Shown: positions 47,100 through 58,543, numbered from the stretch's first letter. The stretch: 64,000 nt of DNA from an uncultured Pseudomonadales bacterium (GCA_964635905.1 CAZWPK010000004.1:25012-89011); one strand, 5' to 3'. Program-made: numbers and translations. The notes: generated by a model not told the origin, from the letters alone.

Positions 47100-47113
47100 A
47101 TAGAAAGAAGAGT

Positions 47114-47530
47114 ATGCCAACAATCAACCAACTCATTCGCAAAGGCCGTGGCACCAAAGGGAAACGGATTAAAGCCACCGCACTGCGCAAGAGTTACAAC
47201 AGTAAAACACGTGAGATTACAAAGACATCAAGTCCACAAAAGCGTGGTGTTTGTGTCGTTGTGAAGACCATGACTCCAAAGAAACCAAACTCAGCGTTGC
47301 GTAAAGTTGCTCGTGTACGATTAAGTAACAAACAAGAAGTGACTGCCTATATCATGGGTGAAGGCCACAACCTAGCAGAACACAGTATTGTGTTGGTTCG
47401 CGGTGGACGTGTGAAAGATTTACCTGGTGTAAAGTATCACATCGTTCGAGGCAAGTTTGACTGTCAAGGTGTTGCCAAACGAATGACCTCTCGTAGTAAA
47501 TACGGAGTAAAACGACCGAAGAAAGCATAA
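47114..47530 (+). CDS. rpsL: 30S ribosomal protein S12
   Basis: 'MPTINQL', '[11 protein letters not shown]', 'RVKDLPGV'. Confidence 0.99.
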   Translation: MPTINQLIRKGRGTKGKRIKATALRKSYNSKTREITKTSSPQKRGVCVVVKTMTPKKPNSALRKVARVRLSNKQEVTAYIMGEGHNLAEHSIVLVRGGRVKDLPGVKYHIVRGKFDCQGVAKRMTSRSKYGVKRPKKA

Positions 47531-47575
47531 TTTCCTATTTAGATATTTAAATTTACAAAAAGGTACTAACAATCT

Positions 47576-48055
47576 ATGTCACGCGCACACTCATCACTAC
47601 GACGACCAGTCATGTCTGACCCTCGCTATGGATCAGTCAAAATTGCAAAGTTAATTAACAGAACCATGAAAGATGGAAAAAAGTCGGCTGCCCGAACTCA
47701 AATCTATCTGGCGTTGGATATTCTTAAAGAAAGACTCAATAAAGAGCCTCTCGAAATCTTTGAAGACGCATTACGAGCCGTAACTCCTCAAATGGAAGTA
47801 CGATCCCGCCGAGTCGGTGGAGCGGCATACCAAGTCCCAATGCCAGTTCGAGGTCCTCGAGGATTCTCATTAGCAGTTCGTTGGCTCATTGAAGAAGCAC
47901 GCAAGCGACCAAGCAGTACCTATCACTCGTTTGGAGAAAAATTTGCGGCTGAAATCATGGATGCCCTCAAAGGTGAAGGTGGAACAATTGCGAAGAAGAC
48001 CAGCATGCATCGTATGGCCGATGCCAACAAAGCCTTTGCTCACTTTAGATGGTAG
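47576..48055 (+). CDS. rpsG: 30S ribosomal protein S7
   Basis: 'EVRSRRVGGAAYQVP', 'ANKAFAHFRW'. Confidence 0.99.
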   Translation: MSRAHSSLRRPVMSDPRYGSVKIAKLINRTMKDGKKSAARTQIYLALDILKERLNKEPLEIFEDALRAVTPQMEVRSRRVGGAAYQVPMPVRGPRGFSLAVRWLIEEARKRPSSTYHSFGEKFAAEIMDALKGEGGTIAKKTSMHRMADANKAFAHFRW

Positions 48056-48206
48056 AAGCTTTGGGATTCTGTATCTTTAAATACAGATCATGATCGGAAC
48101 CGTAGACTCTACAACACATTTTTTCGAGTGTAGCAGCTTACAATGCGTAGTCAGTTGTTTTAAACTTATAAAAAGAACTTAGATCTAGAAGTAAATAAAG
48201 GACTTT

Positions 48207-50357
48207 ATGGCTCAACAAACCGTTAAAACGAATCAACGCGATCTCCCTTTGGATCGTATTCGTAACTTTGGAATTATCGCGCACATTGATGCAGGGAAGA
48301 CAACCACCTCCGAACGTATTTTGTATTACACCGGAAAGTCCTACAAAATCGGAGACATTGATGAGGGAAATACCCAGATGGACTGGATGGAACAAGAGAA
48401 AGAGCGAGGAATTACCATCGTATCTGCAGCCACGACCACATTCTGGACGCCTGTGTTGGATACGGCAGTTTCTCATGTTCCCTATCGCTTCAACTTGATT
48501 GATACCCCGGGCCACGTCGACTTTACCGCCGAAGTGGAACGCTCACTCCGTGTTCTTGACGGTGGAGTCACCGTTCTTGACGGAGAAGAAGGTGTGCAAT
48601 CGCAATCCGAAACAGTGTGGCGACAAGCAGACAAATATAACGTGCCTCGTATCTGTTTTGTCAACAAAATGGATAAATTGGGAGCAGATTTCCTTAGAAC
48701 CGTTGAAGATATCCGAACCAAGTTCGGAGTAAAACCTGCAATCATGGCACTCCCAATTGGAGCAGAAAACTTCTTTAAGGGAATTGTTCTGGTATTAGAT
48801 CGCAAAGCCCTAATTTGGGAAGGTGATGAAACCGGAGCCAAATATACACTGACCGATGACATTCCAGAAGAAATGAAGGATCAGGTCGAAGAGTATCGTG
48901 CAAAATTGGTCGAAGAAATCGCAGAGACGGATGATGCCATGCTAGAGAGATTCTTTGCTGGAGAAAACATTCCAGTTAACGAATTAAAACAAACCCTTCG
49001 AAAAGCAGTTATCAGTTACAAGTTAGTTCCCGTGTTCTGTGGAAGTAGTTTGCGCAACAAAGGTGTTCAACCTCTCCTGGATGCAATTGTAGAATACTTA
49101 CCATCCCCACAGGACATTAACCACATCAACGGAACCAACCCTGACACGGATGCGGAAGAAGTGCGAAAGCTTACCCCTGAAGAACCATTCTGTGGACTTG
49201 CGTTTAAAATCCAAACCGATCCTCACGTGGGACGAATCACTTATGTGCGTATCTATTCTGGAAAATTGACCTCTGGTAGTTATACCTATAACTCCACCAA
49301 GGGTGAAAAAGAACGCGTGGGTCGACTGCTTCTTATGCATGCTAACCAACGAGAAGAAATCGCCGAAGCCTGGGCAGGAGAAATCGTCGCCGTCGTCGGA
49401 CTCAAATACACGAAGACTGGTGACACCCTCTGTGATGAAAACCACCCGATTCGTTTGGAAGGAATTTCATTCGCAGATCCCGTTATCTCCATGGCAATTG
49501 AACCAAAAACCAAGAATGACCAAGAAAAGATGGGTTTGGCTTTAGGAAAACTATTAGAAGAAGATCCAACCTTTAAAGTTGCCCATAACGATGAAACTGG
49601 ACAGACCACCATCGCTGGAATGGGAGAACTTCATTTGGAAATTCTCGTAGACCGTATGAAACGTGAATTCAATGTGGAAGCCAATGTCGGTGCCCCACAA
49701 GTTGCCTACCGTGAAACCATTAAGCAAGTTGCTGAAGCAGAAGGAAAGTACATTCGTCAGTCGGGTGGACGTGGACAATACGGTCACTGTTGGCTACGTG
49801 TGGAACCCAAAGATCGTGGAACGGGATACGAATGGGTTAACGGAATTGTCGGTGGTGTCATCCCTCGAGAATTTGTTCCCGCCGTTGAAAAAGGTGTCCG
49901 CGAAGCCTTAGAGAATGGTGTACTTGCGGGATACCCATTAGTCGACGTGAAAGTCACCTGTTTTGATGGAAGTTACCACGAAGTAGACTCGTCAGAAATG
50001 TCCTTTAAGATCGCTGGATCCATGGCATTGCAGTCTGCAGTGAAGCAAGCAGACATCGTCTTACTCGAACCAATCATGCAAGTAGAAGTCACCACCCCCT
50101 CCGAGTTTATGGGTGATGTGATTGGTGATCTTTCGAGTAAGCGTGCTCAAATCCAAGGATCTGATCAACGTGGAACTGCTGTTGTTATCCGAGCATTGGT
50201 ACCACTCTCTGAAATGCAGGGATATGTCACCACGCTTCGATCCATGACACAGGGACGTGCAGCATCCGTGATGATTCCTTCGCACTACGATGAAGTGCCA
50301 CAAAACATTTCTGCAAAGATCGTAGAGAAGAATAAACCAACGGGAAGGGCAGCATAG
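48207..50357 (+). CDS. fusA: Elongation factor G
   Basis: 'AHIDAGKTT', 'ERGITI', 'DTPGHVDF', 'NKMD', 'GMGELHLE'. Confidence 0.99.
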   Translation: MAQQTVKTNQRDLPLDRIRNFGIIAHIDAGKTTTSERILYYTGKSYKIGDIDEGNTQMDWMEQEKERGITIVSAATTTFWTPVLDTAVSHVPYRFNLIDTPGHVDFTAEVERSLRVLDGGVTVLDGEEGVQSQSETVWRQADKYNVPRICFVNKMDKLGADFLRTVEDIRTKFGVKPAIMALPIGAENFFKGIVLVLDRKALIWEGDETGAKYTLTDDIPEEMKDQVEEYRAKLVEEIAETDDAMLERFFAGENIPVNELKQTLRKAVISYKLVPVFCGSSLRNKGVQPLLDAIVEYLPSPQDINHINGTNPDTDAEEVRKLTPEEPFCGLAFKIQTDPHVGRITYVRIYSGKLTSGSYTYNSTKGEKERVGRLLLMHANQREEIAEAWAGEIVAVVGLKYTKTGDTLCDENHPIRLEGISFADPVISMAIEPKTKNDQEKMGLALGKLLEEDPTFKVAHNDETGQTTIAGMGELHLEILVDRMKREFNVEANVGAPQVAYRETIKQVAEAEGKYIRQSGGRGQYGHCWLRVEPKDRGTGYEWVNGIVGGVIPREFVPAVEKGVREALENGVLAGYPLVDVKVTCFDGSYHEVDSSEMSFKIAGSMALQSAVKQADIVLLEPIMQVEVTTPSEFMGDVIGDLSSKRAQIQGSDQRGTAVVIRALVPLSEMQGYVTTLRSMTQGRAASVMIPSHYDEVPQNISAKIVEKNKPTGRAA

Positions 50358-50361
50358 GTTT

Positions 50362-50796
50362 ATGAATGAGAACACTCATCCGTTGTCTCTCTACTTTCAG
50401 TTACGAAATATCCAGTATGGAAAGGAAAGAAAAGATACTGAGAGGTTAAATGATCGAAAGGGAGAAGTCTCTACCAGAAAGAAACTGGAAGGACATTATT
50501 TGTCAGCGCTACGGTATAAAGTTGAGCATATGCAGAAGTATTTGGATGCATTACTCTCAACCGAGGATGGAAATTCTGATCTAGCATTTCTTGCAATTCG
50601 AGGGTTTAACCTAACCTTACAAGAAACTATTATCGCTGCCGAGCAAGAAGCCGTTGCACTTATTGAAGAATGGAATACAAGTGCGGAACCAAAAGACTGG
50701 GTAAATAAATCGCTAAACAATATTGGGAATGAACTACTGAGTTTGTTTGATATAGAACAGAAAAAAGATAAGTTTATTAGTTCAAGAAGAAACTAG
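50362..50796 (+). CDS. Orphan helical protein between fusA and tuf
   Basis: 144 aa, AT-rich, 4 nt after the fusA stop. Confidence 0.7.
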   Translation: MNENTHPLSLYFQLRNIQYGKERKDTERLNDRKGEVSTRKKLEGHYLSALRYKVEHMQKYLDALLSTEDGNSDLAFLAIRGFNLTLQETIIAAEQEAVALIEEWNTSAEPKDWVNKSLNNIGNELLSLFDIEQKKDKFISSRRN

Positions 50797-50887
50797 AGTA
50801 TAAACCGCTTTTAAATTATAAATAATCTAGTACAATAAAGGTTCGCAGTATTATAGTAAATAATTATTATCAAAGGAATACAACATT

Positions 50888-52066
<1,179 letters not shown>

Positions 52067-52091
52067 TCTTGGTTATTTTAAACCGAACTTT

Positions 52092-52124
52092 AAAAGCCCT
52101 TCCCGTAAAACGGAAGGGCTTTTT
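52092..52124 (+). terminator. tuf terminator
   Basis: AAAAGCCCTTCC(C)G-TAAAA-CGGAAGGGCTTTTT. Confidence 0.88.
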
Positions 52125-52325
52125 GTATAGTGAAGAAGCCTGTGTAATCCCCGAAGAGTGGTTCTTGTAGGTATTTAAACTTGGTTGTTTGTATCAGTGG
52201 TGGAGTTAATAAGTATAATGCCTAATTACCTCGAGTGAAATGGAGAAATACCAATCAGTACCTGGCAATTTTCATACGAAAGTGTTGTGTTCTGTTTGTG
52301 TAGTGTTTTCCTCTAGATCCTCCTC

Positions 52326-52354
52326 TTGTCACCAGAGAAAGGCTGGTATATAAT
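52326..52354 (+). promoter_or_regulatory. S10 operon promoter
   Basis: TTGTCA-N17-TATAAT. Confidence 0.8.
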
Positions 52355-52398
52355 ATTTTTCTTGCTCTTTGACAGTAAGAACTTAGTTAATATTTGGT

Positions 52399-52728
52399 AT
52401 GGCAACTCAAAAACCAACCACCGGCAAACCACGTATTCGCGTTCGATTAAAATCATTTGACCATCGAGTGGTGGATAGTGCAGCCAAGAAGATTTTAGAG
52501 ACAGCTCTTTCTACTGGAGCTCGAGTCGTCGGTCCTGTACCAATGCCTACTCACAAAAAGCAATTCACCGTATTAACCTCTCCTCATACTGATAAAAATG
52601 CTCAAGAGCATTTTGAAGTGCGTACGCACAAACGTATGATCGATATTGAGGAACCAACCAGCAAGACCATTGATGCACTCATGCATTTGGAATTACCGGC
52701 AGGGGTCGGAATTCAAATTAAAATGTAA
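52399..52728 (+). CDS. rpsJ: 30S ribosomal protein S10
   Basis: '[10 protein letters not shown]', 'GPVPMPT', 'RTHKR', 'LPAGV'. Confidence 0.98.
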   Translation: MATQKPTTGKPRIRVRLKSFDHRVVDSAAKKILETALSTGARVVGPVPMPTHKKQFTVLTSPHTDKNAQEHFEVRTHKRMIDIEEPTSKTIDALMHLELPAGVGIQIKM

Positions 52729-52746
52729 AAGTTAACTTGTTTGACT

Positions 52747-52864
52747 TTTGCCTTTTGATTTAACAATCAAAACAATGACATGCGTATATCGCACACATCG
52801 AACACCAGTTGGTGAGTGATACGCAAAGGCAAATGAAACCGCCTTTGTGGGGCGGATTTTTTTT
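52747..52864 (+). promoter_or_regulatory. Candidate attenuator RNA between rpsJ and rplC
   Basis: Multi-stem junction plus terminator CCGCCTT-TGT-GGGGCGG-A-T8; alternative AAAGGC/GCCTTT pairing. Confidence 0.65.
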
Positions 52865-52877
52865 GGAAAAAAACAGT

Positions 52878-53657
52878 ATGATCAATCAGATACTTGCGAC
52901 CAAACGACACATGACGCAAGCCTGGACCAAATCCGGGAAGCGTATTCCTGTCACGGTGTTAAAAGCCGATGATTGTATGGTTGTAGGAAAAGCGAACACC
53001 GAAGGTAAAATCCAAATCGGTGGATCTGTCAAAAAACTGAAAAACATGCATAAACCTCAACGTGCCAGCCTCGAAAAAGCTGGCGTTTCTTTAGGTTTTC
53101 GTAAAGTCTGTGAAGTCACTGCTTCCGATGCCGATTTAACCCTCGCTATCGGTACCAAAATCGCTCCACAGCAAGTTCTTTCATTGGGTGACATCGTAAA
53201 AGTGACTGGAACCAGTAAAGGTTCCGGATTTACCGGTGTCGTGAAACGCCACGGATTTAAAGGTGGATCACGAACCCACGGACAAGCAGACCGAGAACGT
53301 GCACCAGGCTCTATCGGTGCTGGAACAACTCCAGGTCGTGTGTACAAAAACAAACGCATGGCTGGTCGAGCTGGAAACGAACGAGTAACCGTAGAAGGAC
53401 TTCAAGTTGTAGCTTTAAATGAGCAAACCGGTGAAGTCTGGTTAAAAGGCTTAGTTCCAGGCGCAATGAATGGGATTGTTTTGATTACCAAAGTAGAGAG
53501 TACCTCCTTTGATGGATTACTTTCTACCGACGCTGTCAAAGCCATGGAAGCTCCAGTAGCAGAGCCTACAACAGAAGAAGCACCAGTAGCCGAGGAAGAT
53601 ACGACCACTGTAGAACCAACCGATGCACCTGTGACAAGTGAAGTACAACCAGAATAA
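52878..53657 (+). CDS. rplC: 50S ribosomal protein L3
   Basis: 'GTSKGSGFTGVVKRHGF', 'RAPGSIG', 'GRVYKNKRMAG'; acidic tail. Confidence 0.98.
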   Translation: MINQILATKRHMTQAWTKSGKRIPVTVLKADDCMVVGKANTEGKIQIGGSVKKLKNMHKPQRASLEKAGVSLGFRKVCEVTASDADLTLAIGTKIAPQQVLSLGDIVKVTGTSKGSGFTGVVKRHGFKGGSRTHGQADRERAPGSIGAGTTPGRVYKNKRMAGRAGNERVTVEGLQVVALNEQTGEVWLKGLVPGAMNGIVLITKVESTSFDGLLSTDAVKAMEAPVAEPTTEEAPVAEEDTTTVEPTDAPVTSEVQPE

Positions 53658-53662
53658 CCTTT

Positions 53663-54367
53663 ATGAAATTGGCAACCTATACAATTACCGGAAAAAAGAC
53701 AGCAGATACCGATATCTCCCTGTTTGATAATGCAGCGCATCCAAAAATCGTTGCTCAAGCAGTGCGTGTGTTCTTATCGAACCAACGCTCAGGTTCCGCC
53801 GCAACCAAGACTCGTGGTGAAGTGCTCATGACGAAATCCAAATGGTACAAGCAAAAAGGTACTGGCCGAGCCCGCCATGGTGCTCAATCCGCTCCCTTGT
53901 TCGTTGGAGGTGGAGTCGCACATGGACCTCGTGGTGTTTCGAACTGGAAACTTTCCATGAGTAAGACTATGCGACGCCGTGCGCTAGAGACTGCATTGGC
54001 GATGCAAGCAAATGATGGGAAAGTTGTGATCGTGGATGGACTGGAAAAAGTAAAAGGAAAGACCTCTGAGATCGTCAGTTTCTTGGGTGCAATGGAAATT
54101 GCCTCAAAAGCAGTCTTAATCGTGGTTGGCAAGAGTGAACCACTATTACTTCGAGCTACCAACAACATGCCAAACGTGTTTGTGTGTCCTGCCGATAACT
54201 TAACAACGTATTATGTTGCTCGAGCTCAAAAAGTTTTGTTAACACCAGATGCAGTCGAGAGTTTCCAAGCTCGATTCGCGGTCGCTACCAAAGAAGAAGT
54301 GGCAGCTCCAGCCCCTGAAAAGAAACCAAACGTAAAAAAAACCGTGCGAAAGGTTAAAACAGCCTAA
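53663..54367 (+). CDS. rplD: 50S ribosomal protein L4
   Basis: 'TKTRGEV', 'QKGTGRARHG', 'GGGVAHGP'. Confidence 0.98.
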   Translation: MKLATYTITGKKTADTDISLFDNAAHPKIVAQAVRVFLSNQRSGSAATKTRGEVLMTKSKWYKQKGTGRARHGAQSAPLFVGGGVAHGPRGVSNWKLSMSKTMRRRALETALAMQANDGKVVIVDGLEKVKGKTSEIVSFLGAMEIASKAVLIVVGKSEPLLLRATNNMPNVFVCPADNLTTYYVARAQKVLLTPDAVESFQARFAVATKEEVAAPAPEKKPNVKKTVRKVKTA

Positions 54368-54372
54368 TTGCT

Positions 54373-54666
54373 ATGAACCCGTTTATCTTAAAGTCACCAT
54401 TGATTACCGAAAAGACGTACCGACTAGCGCAAACCAATCATGTCTATACGTTTGAAGTTGACCCAGCGGCAACCAAAGGTCAAATTCGTGAAGCAGTGCA
54501 AGAGACATTTGGAGTAAACGTACTCACCGTTACGACCAGTAAAATCGCCGGTCGAGTGAAGCGCACTGGCCGCAAGCGCATGTCGCATGTGATCCCTAAA
54601 GGGAAAAAAGCAATGGTAAAGATCCAAGCGGATCAAACAATTGAGGTATTTGCAATTAACGAATAA
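54373..54666 (+). CDS. rplW: 50S ribosomal protein L23
   Basis: 'PLITEK', 'YTFEV..ATKGQI', 'KKAMV'. Confidence 0.97.
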   Translation: MNPFILKSPLITEKTYRLAQTNHVYTFEVDPAATKGQIREAVQETFGVNVLTVTTSKIAGRVKRTGRKRMSHVIPKGKKAMVKIQADQTIEVFAINE

Positions 54667-54667
54667 T

Positions 54668-55504
54668 ATGGCACTTAAAGTACACAAAGCCACCACCGCA
54701 GGACGCCGCCATCGTAAAGATGTCGATAACACCGTGTTGACGAAAGGACGACCAGAAAAGTCATTACTCGTCAAAGGTGTGTTAAAGCGCCAAGGACGCA
54801 ACAATGAAGGTAGAATTACCGTTCGTCATCGTGGAGGTGGAAACAAACGAAAGTTACGCGTTATTGACTTTCGACGTGACAAAATCGGCGTACCCGCAAA
54901 GGTCATGACGATTGAATACGATCCAATGCGAACCGCTCGAATTGCCTTGTTAAATTACGCAGATGGTGAGAAGCGCTACATTCTAGTTCCTGAAGGACTA
55001 GAAGTTGGACAAACGATCGTGAGTGGTCCAGAAGCAGATATTGTTGTTGGAAACACCATGCCATTATCACGCATCCCAGTTGGAACACCGATTCATGGAA
55101 TCGAAATTACTCCTGGGAAAGGTGCTCAGCTGATTCGCTCCGCAGGATCTAGTGCATCAGTCCAAAGTAAAGAAGGATCCTACGTTACCGTCATGATGCC
55201 TTCCAAAGAGTTGCGCTTGATCAAAGCCGACTGTATGGCAACCATCGGACAAGTTGGAAACGTAGAATGGAAAACAACCAGTTTTGGAAAAGCTGGACGC
55301 CGTCGCTATATGGGATGGAGACCAGCTGTACGTGGAACTGCCCAGCACCCTGGATCGCACCCACACGGAGGCGGAGAAGGTCGAAGTGGAATTGGACTCA
55401 AATATCCAAAGACTCCATGGGGCAAGATCGCACTTGGAAAGAAAACTCGAGATCGTAAGAAATATAGTAAGAAGCTGATCGTTCGCGATCGCAGAGTGAA
55501 ATAA
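54668..55504 (+). CDS. rplB: 50S ribosomal protein L2
   Basis: '[11 protein letters not shown]', '[11 protein letters not shown]', 'HPHGGGEG'. Confidence 0.99.
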   Translation: MALKVHKATTAGRRHRKDVDNTVLTKGRPEKSLLVKGVLKRQGRNNEGRITVRHRGGGNKRKLRVIDFRRDKIGVPAKVMTIEYDPMRTARIALLNYADGEKRYILVPEGLEVGQTIVSGPEADIVVGNTMPLSRIPVGTPIHGIEITPGKGAQLIRSAGSSASVQSKEGSYVTVMMPSKELRLIKADCMATIGQVGNVEWKTTSFGKAGRRRYMGWRPAVRGTAQHPGSHPHGGGEGRSGIGLKYPKTPWGKIALGKKTRDRKKYSKKLIVRDRRVK

Positions 55505-55508
55505 ACTT

Positions 55509-55790
55509 ATGGCACGATCAAACAAAAAAGGACCATACATTGACGAACGCCTCTTAGGCAAAGTCATGAAGCAAAAGGTAGGACGCAAAGAACCCATTAA
55601 AACGTGGAGTCGTGCGTGTCAAATCCCACCAGAATTCGTGGGACACACATTTTTGGTTCACAATGGGAAAAAGTTTATTGAAGTCTTTGTGAACGAAGCA
55701 ATGGTAGGACACCGCTTAGGAGAATTCTCCTTAACGCGAACCTTCCATGGACACGGCAAGATGGTTAAGCGCACATTAACCAAGACATAA
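55509..55790 (+). CDS. rpsS: 30S ribosomal protein S19
   Basis: 'KKGPY', 'IKTWSR', 'MVGHRLGEF'. Confidence 0.98.
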   Translation: MARSNKKGPYIDERLLGKVMKQKVGRKEPIKTWSRACQIPPEFVGHTFLVHNGKKFIEVFVNEAMVGHRLGEFSLTRTFHGHGKMVKRTLTKT

Positions 55791-55804
55791 AAAGAATAAA
55801 GAAT

Positions 55805-56326
55805 ATGGAAATCGTGAGCAAACAAACATACGTTCGTCAGAGTCAACAAAAGCTTCGAGATGTGGCTCGGGTAGTTAAACACTTACCGATTCCTGCTTTA
55901 CGCTTACAGTTAACACAGATGAACCGCGAAGCAGCAAAACGCATTTTGGAAACTGTAAACCAAGCAGTGGCGAATGCGCAACACAATTTTGGTGTGAGCG
56001 AAGATCAATTGACCTTAAAGGAATTATTGATTCTTCGTGGTCCACACTACAAGCGTATGCGACCAGTCAGTCGTGGACAAGGACACGCGATTTTGAAGAG
56101 AACCAGTCATATTGTGGTTCGCTTAGCGACTGCTGAAGCTGTAACAGCTAAACCAGCAGCTCATGACCATGACCACGATCATGCCCATGAAGCAGCAGCA
56201 GCACAGGCAGAAGTAGTAGCAGAAGAGAAAACTGTAAAGTCCGCCCCAAAAACAGAGAAAAAGGCGGCTCCAAAGAAGACATCAACGAGTACCAAAAAAA
56301 AGACAACACAAAAGGATGAGAAATAA
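55805..56326 (+). CDS. rplV: 50S ribosomal protein L22 with a His/Lys-rich extension
   Basis: 'AVANAQHN', 'KRMRPVSRG', 'KRTSHI'. Confidence 0.96.
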   Translation: MEIVSKQTYVRQSQQKLRDVARVVKHLPIPALRLQLTQMNREAAKRILETVNQAVANAQHNFGVSEDQLTLKELLILRGPHYKRMRPVSRGQGHAILKRTSHIVVRLATAEAVTAKPAAHDHDHDHAHEAAAAQAEVVAEEKTVKSAPKTEKKAAPKKTSTSTKKKTTQKDEK

Positions 56327-56329
56327 CCT

Positions 56330-56986
56330 ATGGGTCAAAAAGTAAATCCGCACGTCTATCGACTTGGAAATCTGTATACTTGGGATTCCCTCTGGTATAC
56401 CAACAAACATGACTACAGCATGACGTTGTTAGAAGATGTGAAGATTCGAAAGTTCTTAAGCGCCAAATTAAAGAATGCTGGACTCGTGAAAATTGAAATT
56501 GAACGATCCGTCAATGCACTCAAGCTTCGATTCTTAGTGAGTCGACCGGGTGTGGTGATTGGACGAGGAGGATCAAACTTAGATCAATTAAAGCAAGAGA
56601 TCGCAAAGTTGTTAAAAATCAATCCGAATGACAAAAAAGCCATGAAGATTGTGATTGACGAAATTGTAGAAGTGAAGCGACCCGATTTGGCAGCAAAGTT
56701 AGTCGCAGAACGTATCGCAGAACAATTGGTTAAGCGTATGCCACAGCGACGTGCAGTAACCCAGGCATTAGAGAAGTCTATGGGTGCTGGAGCCAAAGGA
56801 ATTAAGATTGTTCTCTCTGGTCGTATTAACGGCGCTGAGATCGGACGACGCGAGAAATATGTGCAAGGAACCGTACCTACCCAGACCTTGCGCGCAGACA
56901 TTGATTACGCACACGTACCCGCTTTAACCCGTTCTGGATACGTCGGAATTAAGGTGTGGATTCATAAAGGTGAAAAAACAAACTAA
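56330..56986 (+). CDS. rpsC: 30S ribosomal protein S3
   Basis: 'MGQKVNP', 'RPGVVIGRGG', 'SGRINGAEI'. Confidence 0.98.
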   Translation: MGQKVNPHVYRLGNLYTWDSLWYTNKHDYSMTLLEDVKIRKFLSAKLKNAGLVKIEIERSVNALKLRFLVSRPGVVIGRGGSNLDQLKQEIAKLLKINPNDKKAMKIVIDEIVEVKRPDLAAKLVAERIAEQLVKRMPQRRAVTQALEKSMGAGAKGIKIVLSGRINGAEIGRREKYVQGTVPTQTLRADIDYAHVPALTRSGYVGIKVWIHKGEKTN

Positions 56987-56995
56987 AAGGGATGT

Positions 56996-57403
56996 ATGTT
57001 ACAGCCGAAGAAAATGAAATACCGAAAGATGTTTAAAGGCCGACGCGCTGGGCTCTCTACACGAGGGGCTGAAGTGTCTTTTGGAGATTTTGGTCTAAAA
57101 GCGGTGGAATGTGGATGGTTCTCTGCTCGACAAATCGAAGCAGCTCGACGCACCATCACCCATCACACCAAACGTTTAGGGAAAATGTGGATCCGAGTAT
57201 TCCCGGATAAGCCAATTACCCAAAAGCCAGGTAACGTGAAAATGGGTGGTGGAAAAGGTGATGTGAAAGAATATGTAGCAGTGGTTAAGCCAGGCAGAGT
57301 GTTATTTGAATTGGGTGGAGTTCGAGAAGATATTGCACGGGAAGCATTGCGAAAAGCAGCGCACAAGATTCCCATGAAGACAGTCTTTATCGTGAAAGAA
57401 TAA
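56996..57403 (+). CDS. rplP: 50S ribosomal protein L16
   Basis: '[11 protein letters not shown]', 'QIEAAR', 'WIRVFPDKP'. Confidence 0.99.
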   Translation: MLQPKKMKYRKMFKGRRAGLSTRGAEVSFGDFGLKAVECGWFSARQIEAARRTITHHTKRLGKMWIRVFPDKPITQKPGNVKMGGGKGDVKEYVAVVKPGRVLFELGGVREDIAREALRKAAHKIPMKTVFIVKE

Positions 57404-57405
57404 GT

Positions 57406-57612
57406 ATGAAACGCAATGATAAAAAAGCACTACAAGAAATGGACGTCCTCGCTTTACAAAAGCGTGGTGAGGAATTACGCAAAGAATTTGCAGTATCCAA
57501 AATGCAGTTTCGCGTAGGGAAACTTAAAAACGTTCGTTTGCTTTCGGTGTTACGCCATAAGTTGGCAGTCGTTGAAACTCTGTTAACACAAAAAGAAAAG
57601 GTAAATGCTTAA
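57406..57612 (+). CDS. rpmC: 50S ribosomal protein L29
   Basis: Position in the S10 operon; helical 'LKNVRLLSVLRHKLAVVET'. Confidence 0.9.
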   Translation: MKRNDKKALQEMDVLALQKRGEELRKEFAVSKMQFRVGKLKNVRLLSVLRHKLAVVETLLTQKEKVNA

Positions 57613-57850
57613 TATGAAACGTTTTACAGGAATCGTCGTTCGTGCCTCTACTGCTAAGACAGTATTTGTGGAAGTGGCTCAAGAATGGGTACACCCGAAG
57701 TACCAAAAGAAAATGAATTTAAAACGCGTATTTCCAACGCACGATGAAGTAGGAGTAAAGGTTGGAGATCAAGTGGTGATTTCGGAATGCAAACCAATGA
57801 GTGCAACGAAGTTTTTTAAAGTAGAGGAAGTCGTTACTAAGAACGCTTAA
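57605..57850 (+). CDS. rpsQ: 30S ribosomal protein S17 (start 57605 or 57614)
   Basis: 'GIVV..AKTV', 'HPKYQK', 'HDE..GDQV.ISECKPMS'. Confidence 0.96.
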   Translation: MLNMKRFTGIVVRASTAKTVFVEVAQEWVHPKYQKKMNLKRVFPTHDEVGVKVGDQVVISECKPMSATKFFKVEEVVTKNA

Positions 57851-57856
57851 TATTGT

Positions 57857-58231
57857 ATGGTCCAATTACGATCCGTCTTAACATCAGCTGACAACTCCGG
57901 AGCCCGAAGCTTGCGTGTTCTCCATATTCATGGAGGTTCACGACACGTCAAAGGCACGATCGGAGATATCGTAACTGCATCCGTCATTGACGCCGCCACA
58001 CAAGGACAAGTCAAAAAAGGCGAGATGGTCAAAGCGGTGATTGTTCGCACTCGTAAAGAATTCCGTCGTAAAGATGGAAGCTTTATTCGTTTTGACGATA
58101 ACGCAGCCGTGGTGATCGATACGATCAAAGGGAAACAACCACGAGGAAGTCGTATCTTTGGACCAGTGGCTCGTGAAGTAAAAGAGCTGGGATTTGATAA
58201 AATTGCATCTTTGGCACAGGAAGTGCTCTAA
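57857..58231 (+). CDS. rplN: 50S ribosomal protein L14
   Basis: 'ADNSGA', 'IRFDDNAAV', 'RIFGPVARE'. Confidence 0.99.
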   Translation: MVQLRSVLTSADNSGARSLRVLHIHGGSRHVKGTIGDIVTASVIDAATQGQVKKGEMVKAVIVRTRKEFRRKDGSFIRFDDNAAVVIDTIKGKQPRGSRIFGPVAREVKELGFDKIASLAQEVL

Positions 58232-58236
58232 AACCT

Positions 58237-58539
58237 ATGAAATTTAAAGCTGGCGATAATGTACAGGTAACCGCAGGAAAAGACAATGGAAAGCATGGAA
58301 AAGTGCTCAAGGTCTATCCAAAAGAAGAGAAAGTTCTCGTTGAAGGCGTGAACATGTACGTGAAGCATGTTAAACCAATACAAGGACGATCTGGTGAAAA
58401 AATTCGCAGAGAACGACCATTGCACACTGCCAGTGTCGCAATCATGAACCCCGATACCGGAAAAGTGGACCGTATCGGATACAAGATGGAAGGTGGAGAG
58501 AAAGTGCGTATCTTTAAGAAGACTGGGAAGGCAATTTAA
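58237..58539 (+). CDS. rplX: 50S ribosomal protein L24
   Basis: KOW motif 'GDNVQVTAGKDNGKHG', 'VEGVN'. Confidence 0.98.
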   Translation: MKFKAGDNVQVTAGKDNGKHGKVLKVYPKEEKVLVEGVNMYVKHVKPIQGRSGEKIRRERPLHTASVAIMNPDTGKVDRIGYKMEGGEKVRIFKKTGKAI

Positions 58540-58543
58540 ACAT

